Shown piece after piece: positions 53,145 to 62,700 of a stretch of DNA of 64,000 nucleotides (the first letter of the stretch is position 1; each line of letters starts with the position of its first letter). The notes beneath the pieces are model-generated. The model made no database searches, was not told the origin of the DNA, and saw only the letters and a list, made by a program, of their open reading frames with translations. The DNA comes from Gammaproteobacteria bacterium (GTDB taxonomy: Bacteria > Pseudomonadota > Gammaproteobacteria > Eutrophobiales > Eutrophobiaceae): assembly GCA_963422205.2 (NCBI GenBank), contig CAXMWX010000012.1, positions 96,001-160,000 of the forward strand, given 5' to 3'. The translations under genes and the position numbers were made by a program.

Positions 53145-53363
53145 TCAAGCCAGAGGCATCACCTCATCGGCATGACGTTGTATTGCTTCGGCCTCATGCG
53201 GATTGGTGGCTACGCTACAATCGCTTTCGTTTATCTCGATATTGCCATCGGTGGTATGGTTTTCTGCTGCCACGCCGATTGCATCAGCAACGCATTGGTT
53301 ATCTTCAACCTCTATCGCATAGACAACATGGGTTGTTACGGGTACTTCAATCCACTTGCTCAT
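53145..53363 (-). CDS. Phage hypothetical protein
   Basis: GAGGTG RBS; within the early operon. Confidence 0.5.
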   Translation of the reverse strand: MSKWIEVPVTTHVVYAIEVEDNQCVADAIGVAAENHTTDGNIEINESDCSVATNPHEAEAIQRHADEVMPLA

Positions 53364-53387
53364 CGTCTCACCTCGTCATGTTAAGTT

Positions 53388-53585
53388 CTAAGCCGCCCAC
53401 TCTGGCTGTTTTGCTTTTCGCTCATCCATCAGACACTGCGCTACGGCGCTGGTATCATCGGGCCGGCGTATGGCACGGGCAAGGGCATGACAACTCTGCT
53501 CGTTCTCTACTGGCACGATGAGTTCAACCGAAGTACAGCCTGGCGCACATACGGTGATGAGATAGAGCAGATACCATTCAGTCAT
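53388..53585 (-). CDS. Phage hypothetical protein
   Basis: Abuts the upstream ORF; Cys-containing. Confidence 0.45.
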   Translation of the reverse strand: MTEWYLLYLITVCAPGCTSVELIVPVENEQSCHALARAIRRPDDTSAVAQCLMDERKAKQPEWAA

Positions 53586-53825
53586 TTATCTATCCTTAGG
53601 AGGCAGTATCTCGGTGATGTCATCTTTATGCCTTCCGCTCAAGGCACAGACAATCGGCTTGATGGTACGCAAAAAGTCCGTCTGCTCCACGATGCGATTA
53701 ACCATGACTGACAAGCCCGTGCTGGTCTCGGTCATCAGCATGATGCGTACCTCGCCGCTATGGGTCAGCGTAACCTCAAAGCCAGAACTCCCTGGCTTGC
53801 TCACGCCGCAGGTGGGACAGTTCAT
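53586..53825 (-). CDS. Phage hypothetical protein
   Basis: MNCPTCG start; ATGA coupling. Confidence 0.5.
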   Translation of the reverse strand: MNCPTCGVSKPGSSGFEVTLTHSGEVRIMLMTETSTGLSVMVNRIVEQTDFLRTIKPIVCALSGRHKDDITEILPPKDR

Positions 53826-54187
53826 GGCGCCTCCCCTTCAAGTTCGTGTTCCATGCGCATCTTGTACCGCAGCACATGAGCTGAGGATAAGAAGCGGTGA
53901 ATGGCCTCAGCAGTCGGGGTAGCAATCACCTTCGCTTCCGCCGCTTCAGCCAGGGCGCTTTGCAGTTGTGCTTCATTAAATGCCCAGTAACCACTGATCA
54001 GGGGATATGGCATGGCCGCTTCCCGGTAACGGGTGTTGACCAGCAGGTGTTTGGCTTCGGCCTGTTCTGAGAGCAGAAAGGCACGGGTGAGGGTGGCCTC
54101 ATCCTCGCTCATATCACCGCACTCCCTGGCCGTCTGCAAGGCAAACAGCAGTTGCTCGTTAGCAAATACCCAGTAGCGCAGGCTCAC
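53822..54187 (-). CDS. Phage protein built of two similar halves
   Basis: YWVFANEQL..AL...FL.S versus YWAFNEAQL..AL...FL.S. Confidence 0.6.
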   Translation of the reverse strand: MSLRYWVFANEQLLFALQTARECGDMSEDEATLTRAFLLSEQAEAKHLLVNTRYREAAMPYPLISGYWAFNEAQLQSALAEAAEAKVIATPTAEAIHRFLSSAHVLRYKMRMEHELEGEAP

Positions 54188-54278
54188 CGAAGCACCCCGA
54201 CACAGTCACGCTGAAAGCGCAAGTCTTTCTGCTGGGGCAATATGTCAAGTGCCTGCGGTAAGCTCATCTCATCGTCAT

Positions 54279-54497
54279 TCATGCCACCTCTCCCAGCTTG
54301 CGTAATCGCCGCTGGATACGGCGCACCACTGTCTTTTGTAACACCATCCGCTCATTGGCAAGGGCGGCCCGGCACTCTGCTACAGTGAAATCACTGGCGA
54401 GGCGGCAACGCTCGGCACTGTCACGCACCATCAGTGGGGCCTTACCCATATAACCACCATCGAACGGATAATATGGATGCAGCGCATCGCCGCTCAT
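54279..54497 (-). CDS. Phage hypothetical protein
   Basis: ATGA coupling to the upstream gene. Confidence 0.55.
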   Translation of the reverse strand: MSGDALHPYYPFDGGYMGKAPLMVRDSAERCRLASDFTVAECRAALANERMVLQKTVVRRIQRRLRKLGEVA

Positions 54498-55009
54498 TCG
54501 CCTTCCCCCAACTCATCGACCAGCAAGGCATCCACCAGCTTGTCAATGTCACCCTCAACCGGACGGATAACGACCTGATCGCCGGCCCCCTCAATGGTTA
54601 TCCCTAAGCGCTTTAACTCAGCAGTCGGCAGCTTCTCCAGGGCATCCTTGTTAGGCTTCTCCTCGGTCTTGATCAACACCCCACACTCATCATCAAACAG
54701 TTGCTTGATCTTATTGATCACGCCTACCGCACTCTGCCATTTCAGTCGACCCTTGCCTTTACGGAACCCCACCTTGATGTCATGCAGGATGCGGGTGCGG
54801 GGTTTATCGAATAAGGCCGGCGCCTGTTCAATGGCGGCTTTGAGCTTGAGCTTGGCATCCGCTGCCTGGGAGATAAGCGCATTCAGCCTCTCTCGGCGCT
54901 GACGTTTGATGTGTTGTAACTCATCATCCAACTCGGTCGCAAAGCCAGCCAGCGCACGATGGGCCGCTGCATACTCAGCGGTTAGTTGTTCTATGGTGTG
55001 AATGTTCAT
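54494..55009 (-). CDS. Mu Gam-like protein
   Basis: Coiled N-terminus; LFDKPRTR...VGFRKG, LIKTEEKPNKDAL, LKRLGI; GGAGG RBS. Confidence 0.65.
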   Translation of the reverse strand: MNIHTIEQLTAEYAAAHRALAGFATELDDELQHIKRQRRERLNALISQAADAKLKLKAAIEQAPALFDKPRTRILHDIKVGFRKGKGRLKWQSAVGVINKIKQLFDDECGVLIKTEEKPNKDALEKLPTAELKRLGITIEGAGDQVVIRPVEGDIDKLVDALLVDELGEGE

Positions 55010-55021
55010 GGTGTCCTCCTG

Positions 55022-55363
55022 TTATGTGGGTAGTTTCAGTTGGCCGGCCAGATCAGGCAGTGATATGCGCTTCATGGCCGAGATTTGGGTAAGGGAAGTC
55101 ATTGCCCGCTCATAGAGAAATAGGCAGGCTTCATTTAACTCTGCTGGGCTTCGGCACAGGTAATAACCGGTTGAGGGATGTGCGCCGATATGATGTCCCT
55201 CATGGCGTAACTCAACGATCACCTGCCGCAACTGCCGCTCATCCAGCAGGCAGAACATATCGCCGGATATTTTTCGTACCAGGCGGGCAGCGCTGATGCC
55301 GTTTTCCTTGCCGATGTGTTCACGCAAGGCGACCAGTACAGTATCGCGGGTGATAGTGTTCAT
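55022..55363 (-). CDS. Phage wHTH-like hypothetical protein
   Basis: HIG..NGI, R.LRQ.I.ELR.EG..I..HP..GYY. Confidence 0.65.
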   Translation of the reverse strand: MNTITRDTVLVALREHIGKENGISAARLVRKISGDMFCLLDERQLRQVIVELRHEGHHIGAHPSTGYYLCRSPAELNEACLFLYERAMTSLTQISAMKRISLPDLAGQLKLPT

Positions 55364-56163
55364 ACGCCACACATCCCCTCGCATTCATTGCCGAACAGAT
55401 CGATCTGGTGATCATCGGCTTGGGTGAGATCGATCTCATCCAGCGGCTGTCTGCTGTCATTGATAAACAACTGATGCTGAACACCTCTGACCCCTGTGCG
55501 TATCAGTGCATCTATCTTGACTGCCCGGTCGAACTCATCGGGGTGGTTGTCTTTGATCCAGCGCCAGGATGTACGTGAATGATAGGGGCAGAAGTAGCAG
55601 GCGGAACGGGCCGGTTCAGGATAGCCGTGCTGCTCCATCCATTGGTAGCAGTCATGACGGGTTATTCTGTTATCCACCAGGGGATAGATGCTTTTAATGT
55701 AATGCTGTGGGGATGGCTTCATGCGGTGCGCCTCATCCAGGGAGATGCCCACCCACTGAATGACCTGCATGCCTTTCCTAGCTCGCTCACCTGGCTTTAG
55801 CCCTAGCAACTCACGGGTCTTTTGTATGATCGGCTTGAGCTTAAAATGGCTGGTACACTGGCGGCGCAGGATGCCTTTTTTACTACCAGGCGATAAGGCA
55901 AAGAACGGGATGGCGGGATACCATTTATCCGCTGTGAACGAGTCGTGTATGGCTTGCTCTAAGCCCTTATCCTGCATCACCCGGTATACCAAAAAAGGCA
56001 ACTGCCGCTCCAGCCAGTCATAGACGTAACCCGGCTCGGCACCCGTGTCGGCAAAGATGGCCGCATCCGGCATCGGGGTCAACTCACCTGATGCGGTCAT
56101 CAACGCCATAGCCGATGACTGCACGCCAGCCCCTAAGGAGATGATGTTCAAGGGTTCAGCCAC
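55360..56163 (-). CDS. PAPS-reductase-like (PP-loop) phage protein
   Basis: ISLGAGVQSS, IFADTG.E, RQCT..FK, GIS.DE..R, YPL, RSACYFCPY, ECEGMCG. Confidence 0.75.
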   Translation of the reverse strand: MAEPLNIISLGAGVQSSAMALMTASGELTPMPDAAIFADTGAEPGYVYDWLERQLPFLVYRVMQDKGLEQAIHDSFTADKWYPAIPFFALSPGSKKGILRRQCTSHFKLKPIIQKTRELLGLKPGERARKGMQVIQWVGISLDEAHRMKPSPQHYIKSIYPLVDNRITRHDCYQWMEQHGYPEPARSACYFCPYHSRTSWRWIKDNHPDEFDRAVKIDALIRTGVRGVQHQLFINDSRQPLDEIDLTQADDHQIDLFGNECEGMCGV

Positions 56164-56305
56164 GACACCACCGGATGATATTCATGGGCAGGTTAAACAG
56201 CCACCAGGCGGTATAGGCCACACTCACCAGCAGGACAATAGCGATGACCATCAGCGACATGATGCTGACCGCCAGGACGTCAATGATGAGCGTCATCGTG
56301 TTCAT
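56156..56305 (-). CDS. Small hydrophobic phage protein (49 aa, not in ORF track)
   Basis: MNTMTLIIDVLAVSIMSLMVIAIVLLVSVAYTAWWLF...; overlaps both neighbours. Confidence 0.4.
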   Translation of the reverse strand: MNTMTLIIDVLAVSIMSLMVIAIVLLVSVAYTAWWLFNLPMNIIRWCRG

Positions 56306-56472
56306 TGACCTTGTATCTGCCCCGGTGTGATTGATGACTTACCAAAGCACACCGCCCAGAGATACTTCTCCGGGGACTGCAAAAACCGGATAAAGGTCAG
56401 GCCGGGATAACGCTGACGGAGATGGTTGGCACGGAAGATCTCGGCCCAGCGGTCAAGGGTGATATCGTCCAT
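56302..56472 (-). CDS. Small phage protein (56 aa, not in ORF track)
   Basis: MDDITLDRWAEIFRAN...; starts 2 bp after the B-gene stop; ATGA coupling. Confidence 0.45.
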   Translation of the reverse strand: MDDITLDRWAEIFRANHLRQRYPGLTFIRFLQSPEKYLWAVCFGKSSITPGQIQGQ

Positions 56473-56474
56473 CG

Positions 56475-57659
56475 CTACACCCCCTTAATGATCTCGGCAT
56501 TGATACGGGCAGCGCCCATCTCAGCGGCCAGGTTCAAGCACTTGACCACAGTGTTATTGACAATCAAGGGATAGTGCATGGCCAGCGTCTGATGGCTGCC
56601 CCGCCGGTGTAGCGTTAAGCGCTGCCGGATGGCATCAAAGGCATCGGCTTCAAAGATGTCTTTGGTCGCTTTACCGATGCGATCAAACTTGAGTTTAAGA
56701 TAGGCTTCCAGGTCACCATTTAAGGGTTCAAGCTCGGCCACCTCACAGCGGCGGATGACTTCCCTGGCTTCAAAATTCTGTCGCTCATCCAGTTTGTTCG
56801 CCAACTCCGGCTGGCCGATCAGGATGATGGCTAACAACTTCTTAAAGCCGTCCTCCAGTTCCCAGAAACGCTTCAGGTACTTCAGAGTCTTGACATGTAA
56901 ATCATGTGCCTCTTCGATAATCAACGCATGGGCATAGCCGCCCCGGGAAGCGTTAATCAGCATCTGCTCCACGCATCGTGAGCGGCTTTCCAGGGACAGT
57001 CCCACCCGGGCCTCAGGACTGACATCCTTGATGATGGCCTCACAGATACTGCCTGCCGTTAAACGGGTCTTATCAAAGCTGCGCGGCTGGATGATGGTGA
57101 TCGGATGGCCTTCTCTACGGATGCGGTCAATCAGATCACGGCGCAGGATGGACTTACCCGCCCCGCTCTCACCGATGACAGCCAGAAAGCCGCCGTGCCT
57201 GGCGGTATTGAACAGGGTCTCTCGGATATAGCGCTGCTCGGTTGACAAGAAGACATCATCCGGGCTTTGTACATCATCCTCAAAGGGGTTTTGAAATAAC
57301 TTGAAATGTTTCTTGGCATGTTGTGTCAGCATATCGTTCTCCGGTAGTTGGTCTGTGAATGATGTGGTGGTATTCGGTGATGCGGTACGGCGGTCAGCTA
57401 CAGCAGGGGCATCGCTCTCCCAAATGCCGACCATGTCATGATCAGCAACACCACAGGCACGCAGGTAGTCCTCGGTTTGTTGTCTGACTGACTTGGCAGG
57501 CGTGGCCTTGGGATAGGTGTTACTGTTCAGCAGCAGGCTGGCGGCGGCCGGCGATAGTGAGCGTCCCTTACCATTACCGCCACCCTGAATGACATGACTT
57601 GCCCAGTCACGCTGGGCAATGCTGTATTTAACCAGTATGCTTTTCAGTCTTAACGGCAT
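56475..57659 (-). CDS. MuB/ExeA-like AAA+ transposition ATPase with N-terminal HTH
   Basis: IGESGAGKS, LIIEEAHDL, ILIGQPEL, EVIRRCE. Confidence 0.88.
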   Translation of the reverse strand: MPLRLKSILVKYSIAQRDWASHVIQGGGNGKGRSLSPAAASLLLNSNTYPKATPAKSVRQQTEDYLRACGVADHDMVGIWESDAPAVADRRTASPNTTTSFTDQLPENDMLTQHAKKHFKLFQNPFEDDVQSPDDVFLSTEQRYIRETLFNTARHGGFLAVIGESGAGKSILRRDLIDRIRREGHPITIIQPRSFDKTRLTAGSICEAIIKDVSPEARVGLSLESRSRCVEQMLINASRGGYAHALIIEEAHDLHVKTLKYLKRFWELEDGFKKLLAIILIGQPELANKLDERQNFEAREVIRRCEVAELEPLNGDLEAYLKLKFDRIGKATKDIFEADAFDAIRQRLTLHRRGSHQTLAMHYPLIVNNTVVKCLNLAAEMGAARINAEIIKGV

Positions 57660-59437
57660 GATTGCTTCCTTGCGATGCAGCCCGGATCATCACGCAGCAT
57701 GGCTATCAACGTGTCCAGCACAGTCTCGGTGATGCCGTCTGGATAGTCAGAGGTCATCAGTTCGTAGTAGTTGATATCTTCCCGCCGGCCTAACGCCGCC
57801 AGCAGCCGTTTACAGGCTTCAGTCGGGCTTAACAATCGATCGTGTTTCTCTACCCGGTCAGGCACAGGTAACTCACTGCCGGGCCGGCGCATAAAGGCCG
57901 GTGCGACCACATCCTTAAGATGCGAGTGCGCATCTATCTGCCCGTTGAATGGCACAGCATTCTTTGCCCTGACTTTCTCGATCTCTTCCAATGACAGGTC
58001 GGGAAAAGCCGCCTTGTCCAATTCTCTGCCGGCTTTCTCTATGCGGGTATCGGGCTTAGGCCTTTATTCCTGCCCAAACACCGGCCCGGCCACAGGCATC
58101 CCGTCAAAGGTGTTAATGGCGACAGGCTCGATGAGGTACTCGTGGCTTTCGCCCTTGTAGTCCTCGCAAATGATGCGTACCGGATGGTTGCCGTAGATTA
58201 ACGGGGCAACCTTAACAATGGCGCCTGGGTAGACATGCTCAATATGCGATACGTCATAGCGGCAGGATTGTCTGGAGGTCGGGTGCTTAAAGCTAATCGT
58301 GCCGTTGGCGCGTACCTGCCGCTCTTGCGAATCGGCAGATAAGAGTTGCCGGCAGACAGCCTCATCAGGCAGCAGCCTGAGTTGCTCTTGCCGGATGACT
58401 TGCCAGAGCGCATAACGGGCTTTTGGCTCAGTCATCCCCTGGCGGTTAAGTCGGGCATCATATTCAGGCAGCGCATCGGCATTGTAAGCGTTATACCAAT
58501 ACTCAACTGCCGTATTTAACTCATCCACATTGCTAACAGGCTCATAGCGCAGACGGGATTCAAACAGCTTCTCCACCCGGTTGTTCGCCTCTTCCACCGC
58601 GCCCTTGCCACGCGGGTTGCCAGCCTTATGTGTATCGTGCTTCACATCCAGTGCGTTCAGGGCGTTCTGAATAGCTTGCGAGGTATTGGCAGCCCCCTTG
58701 TCCCAGTACAGCATGGTCGGCACACCATGAAACAAACGCCCATCACACTGCTTCCAGGCATACAGCAGGAAGTCATACAGATTGGCTTGCGTCTCTCCCC
58801 TGGCCTGGTAGTAACGGACAATGATGGTGTTGGAGTAATGATCGACCAAGACATAGCGCCAGACCCGTAAGCGTTCAATGGGCGACAGGTTATCCGGTTT
58901 GTTCTTGTAGAACGTATCCTCATCCATGATGTGCTGGCTGCCGTCTTTTAAGTAGTAGATAAGGCACAAGGACGGGTCAACCTGATGCACATGATTGGGA
59001 TGTAAGGAAGCCAAGTCCTGATGCGGTGGTGGTTGTTTCTGCATCGCTGTACTCTTGCACTGCTGTCTGAGTAACCGGTTAAGCTGGGCATTACCCACCT
59101 TGAACTCATGACCATTGGCCGCCAGCATGGAGCGGGCATTGGGCGTCTGCATGGTGGCTTTGCCGTTCTTGCGTATGCCTAAACGTAAGGTGGCCGCCAG
59201 CTTGTTCAGTGCCGTCTCATCCTGCGAGGTCGTGCCTTTGTCTGTCCGCCGCTTGCGACCACCGCGCCAACCGATGCTCTTCAGCCGCCGATAGACGGAC
59301 TGCACCGACAGGCCATAGTGCCGGGCATATTCACTCACCAGAGCGCCACGCTTACCAAAGGGCGCATCATCCAACTCCCGTGCCAAGGCTCTTAAGGCAT
59401 CCTGGATGTGCAGCGTGATAGGCTCGCTAATCGGCAT
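57650..59437 (-). pseudogene. MuA-like DDE transposase with premature TAA
   Basis: HPNHVHQVDPS, VDHYS, YWDKGAAN, NPRGKGAVE; in-frame TAA at 58064-58066 (GQE*RPKPDT) and the C-terminal part continues in the same frame. Confidence 0.85.
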
Positions 59438-59453
59438 GGAAGCTGACCGCTGC

Positions 59454-60422
59454 CTAGGCGTCCTTCGAGGGTGGCGGCGAGTTAGGATTGTCCGGGTCAA
59501 ACAACGGGGTGGGATCGTCCGGATTGAACATCGGCCTGGCCTTGTTCTTATATCCCCGGAACACTTCATGGCAGCGGTGCATCAACTCATTGGCATGGTT
59601 GAACACTTGAGAACACGCGTCATAGTAGACCACCGCCATCGCATCAAAGGCGACATCGGACATCTCGCCATGTTCCATGTTGTGGTTCGGCTCAAAATTC
59701 AAGATGGCATCACGGAAGACATCTAGCTTCTCTAAGCCCTTCAACACATCATAAGCAGCTACTGTGACATCAATGTTGAGCGGCTGCACCGCCTTCGGCC
59801 AGTTAGCCTGCTGTATGTCCTTCTCGTGCAGCTTCCTGTCCAATTCATTCAGTTTCTCATCCTTGCGCTGTAACTGTTTATCGTGGACTTCCTTGTCGTG
59901 CTTCACCTTGTCCTTGACCTTGCGTAATTCGGTACGAAGTTCACGGGTAGACATCCTGTCAATATCATCCAGGGTCATGCCTGCCACTGTGCCACCCTTG
60001 TCCAGTTCGTCCAGAGATTCGTCATCCAGGGTAGCGAGCTCAAGGAGCTTACTGCGGTTAATAGAAGAAGCTGCGATATTTTTCTTGGTGGAAAACTTCG
60101 TGGCAGCAGACATGAAGCGCCTCGCCATGCGGGGATCAATATCGATTTGTGTTTTCAGCACCTCTTCAAACTTGCCGTGTGGCAGATGCTCTTTGATGCG
60201 GGTCAATTCTCGCCCACCAGTGAGTAATAACTCTGCCGCGCCAGTGAATGCACCCCGCGTTCGCTGAATAGATCGCTCTAGATTGAAAGGTTCACCATCA
60301 CCGAACACCTCCTCAACCTGCCTTAACCTAGCCGCCTCTTTATCCAAGGCTTTCATGTCTTCTTCCATGACTTCTGTATTAGTGCTGTCTTTTGTGACTA
60401 CTCTTTTTGATTTTGGCATCAA
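59454..60422 (-). CDS. DUF3102-family phage protein
   Basis: G.EL..IKEHLPHGKF...R.ARRFM, SKLLEL, G.TLDDIDRMSTRELR. Confidence 0.75.
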   Translation of the reverse strand: MMPKSKRVVTKDSTNTEVMEEDMKALDKEAARLRQVEEVFGDGEPFNLERSIQRTRGAFTGAAELLLTGGRELTRIKEHLPHGKFEEVLKTQIDIDPRMARRFMSAATKFSTKKNIAASSINRSKLLELATLDDESLDELDKGGTVAGMTLDDIDRMSTRELRTELRKVKDKVKHDKEVHDKQLQRKDEKLNELDRKLHEKDIQQANWPKAVQPLNIDVTVAAYDVLKGLEKLDVFRDAILNFEPNHNMEHGEMSDVAFDAMAVVYYDACSQVFNHANELMHRCHEVFRGYKNKARPMFNPDDPTPLFDPDNPNSPPPSKDA

Positions 60423-60444
60423 GGCTGCTCCTCATAGTTAAGGG

Positions 60445-60470
60445 CAAAACGGATCACGTGATCCGTTTTG
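60445..60470. promoter_or_regulatory. Perfect 26-bp palindrome, candidate operator
   Basis: CAAAACGGATCACGTGATCCGTTTTG. Confidence 0.65.
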
Positions 60471-60504
60471 AATACGTGAAACTCTTTCAGAATATAAGAC
60501 ATGC

Positions 60505-60813
60505 TCATGTCCGATCCCGCGTGTAGCGTTGCTCAATCTCGGATAACTTGCGTTGCTTTTGATTGAGGTTGTTCAGCATCGCCATCGCTATCTGCGGCAC
60601 CTTGGGTGTCAATCTCCAGCGTTTGGTCTCCAGCAACTGCTCGGCCAGGCCAGCCAGTGCCAGGTTAGCCAGATCATGAGTTACTTGGCTGGGCTTGATA
60701 TTCAGGCTGTCGGCAATCTGTTGAGGGGCGAGGCCGTCTACCTCATGGCCACCCAGAATGAGCAGGACTTTGAGAATGCGCTGCTGGGGAGCCGATCGGT
60801 ATTGCTCGCTCAT
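60505..60813 (-). CDS. Phage wHTH DNA-binding protein
   Basis: QRILKVL..L.GHE..GL.P..IA....VT.DL..L...GL...RWRL. Confidence 0.75.
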   Translation of the reverse strand: MSEQYRSAPQQRILKVLLILGGHEVDGLAPQQIADSLNIKPSQVTHDLANLALAGLAEQLLETKRWRLTPKVPQIAMAMLNNLNQKQRKLSEIEQRYTRDRT

Positions 60814-60824
60814 GGTGTATCCAT

Positions 60825-60888
60825 AAAAACACCCACCGCACCGGAGGCTGTGTCACTGCTAGGGGAAGCATGGCCCGGTGCGGTGGGT
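60825..60888 (-). terminator. 14-bp stem hairpin with T tract (terminator or attenuator)
   Basis: ACCCACCGCACCGG (60831-60844) and CCGGTGCGGTGGGT (60875-60888), followed by GTTTTT on the minus strand. Confidence 0.6.
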
Positions 60889-60943
60889 AAAGGGGTCGCA
60901 GACTGTTTAGGAGTTAAGTAAGTGATCTGCGGCTGTAAAAAGA

Positions 60944-61207
60944 TCATGCGCTTTTTCTCTTTTCCAGAAGGAACAGGACAGTCTCTCGGTCTGCACCATC
61001 AATGATGGCCTCCATCGCTTGACTGGCTTTAGGGCCTCGCCATACCCCATGCAGCGCAGCGCGGGCGTTTTCTCGGTTGATATCGTTTGCATCACACCAA
61101 CTGGCGAACGTCTTACCCTGCGCACGGAAGGCACCGATCACCGCCTGATAGAGATGCAAAGATGGTTCAATCTTTGCCAGGACATTGTCCTTTTGGGATA
61201 ATTGCAT
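60944..61207 (-). CDS. Ner/Cro-like regulator
   Basis: FRAQGKTFASWC..N.I...NAR.AL.G.W.GPK; divergent from the repressor. Confidence 0.75.
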   Translation of the reverse strand: MQLSQKDNVLAKIEPSLHLYQAVIGAFRAQGKTFASWCDANDINRENARAALHGVWRGPKASQAMEAIIDGADRETVLFLLEKRKSA

Positions 61208-61254
61208 TACCTTTAATCTCCACACTATGTGTAACTAAAAGAGATAATTACCCA

Positions 61255-62628
61255 ATGAGTGTCAAAAATCAAGGGAAAATTTACACAAAACGGGTCATAT
61301 CGGCAGCAGACATCCTAGATCGGCTTTCTTCCACACTTGAAGTGGAAAATGACTCTCAATTAGCGCGTGCAATTGGAGAAAGGCGCTCAACTGTTGGAAA
61401 TTGGCGTAACCGGAACTTGCCAGCCGCCACAATTATTGAGATTGCAGGGCAGCACGACATATCATTGGATTACCTGTTTTATGGTAAACATGAAAGCAGC
61501 GCATCCCGTGGGGATCGGCATGACAAGGTCACTGAATTGCCCCCCGCCTATGAGCCTACCCCGCTCACCTTTATTGCGACAGAGTTGCCGTTCAATGGCC
61601 GTGCGCAATGCGGCATGGATGTGCAGAAACATCGCCACTATGTTGCCCCGATCACTGAGGATGAGTTGCCAGAACCGGAGGGCTTAAGCGATGATCCGGA
61701 TGTGTTTTATGTCGTGGCTGAAGGGACATCCATGATCCCGGAAGGTATCTCGCCGGGGGACTACTGCCTTATCTCGCCCAATACCCCACTGGCAGTGGGC
61801 CAGAGGCTGTGGATGGATGATGGCAATGGCACCGGACGCATCAAGCGTTTGCTAGGTTTTACTGACACGGACTTGACGCTGCGGGGCTGGGGTGAGCCGA
61901 ACACAGGCCGGGTGGGCAGCGTGAATGAGCAAGCCAAGCGGAGCTTTATTACTCGCCAGGGTGCCGTGGTGGGGGTATTCCAGGATAAGCCGAAGGCGGG
62001 GATGACAGCTATACCAGCCCCTGACCCACGGGCGTATGAGTGGCAGCAGGCGCCGTTAGCACCGCCTGTCAAAGGCGTTGAGAAAACGGCTGTTGAGGAT
62101 CACACTCAGGGGCTGGTACGTGCGGTGCATGAGGCGGGGGGCGACCCGATACCGGATGATCTGCGTGATGTATTACTGCCTGGTACTGCGGTGGCTGAGG
62201 ATAACGACACCCCGCCAGCGGCTAGGCCCGTGCCTGTGGTGGAGATACAAGCAGCTGCAGGCGGCGGCATGGCGATTGATCTGGAACAGACCACCGGTCA
62301 GTTATGGTTTCGCCGTGACTGGCTGGACGAATACGGCCTTGATGCTACTCAATGCGCCATCATCGGAGTAGCAGGTGAGAGCATGGAGCCGACCCTGGTG
62401 GAGGGGGCGAAGATACTGGTCAATCGCTTGTGCACGGACTGGCGGGCTGATACGATTTACGTTGTCCGCACAGGCGATGGTCTGGTGGTTAAGCGGGCGG
62501 GGCAAGATGAGACTGGCCAGCGACTGATGGTGAGTGATCATCCGGCTTGGGAGGATATTCCCCTGCCTGCTGATGCCGAGGTGATTGGCGAGGTGGTATG
62601 GACGGCGCGGACGTTGCGCGGGCAGTGA
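61255..62628 (+). CDS. CI-like repressor with HTH and two tandem S24 peptidase domains
   Basis: HTH SQLARAIG..RSTVGNWRNR; S24-1 AQCG..EGTSM..IKRL; S24-2 AAAG..GESMEP..VVKR. Confidence 0.85.
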   Translation: MSVKNQGKIYTKRVISAADILDRLSSTLEVENDSQLARAIGERRSTVGNWRNRNLPAATIIEIAGQHDISLDYLFYGKHESSASRGDRHDKVTELPPAYEPTPLTFIATELPFNGRAQCGMDVQKHRHYVAPITEDELPEPEGLSDDPDVFYVVAEGTSMIPEGISPGDYCLISPNTPLAVGQRLWMDDGNGTGRIKRLLGFTDTDLTLRGWGEPNTGRVGSVNEQAKRSFITRQGAVVGVFQDKPKAGMTAIPAPDPRAYEWQQAPLAPPVKGVEKTAVEDHTQGLVRAVHEAGGDPIPDDLRDVLLPGTAVAEDNDTPPAARPVPVVEIQAAAGGGMAIDLEQTTGQLWFRRDWLDEYGLDATQCAIIGVAGESMEPTLVEGAKILVNRLCTDWRADTIYVVRTGDGLVVKRAGQDETGQRLMVSDHPAWEDIPLPADAEVIGEVVWTARTLRGQ

Positions 62629-62700
62629 TAACCTGCAGTCAAACCCCGAAAAAACTGCTAAACCATATTGCATGTGATCAATTAAGAGAGGCCTGCCGCC

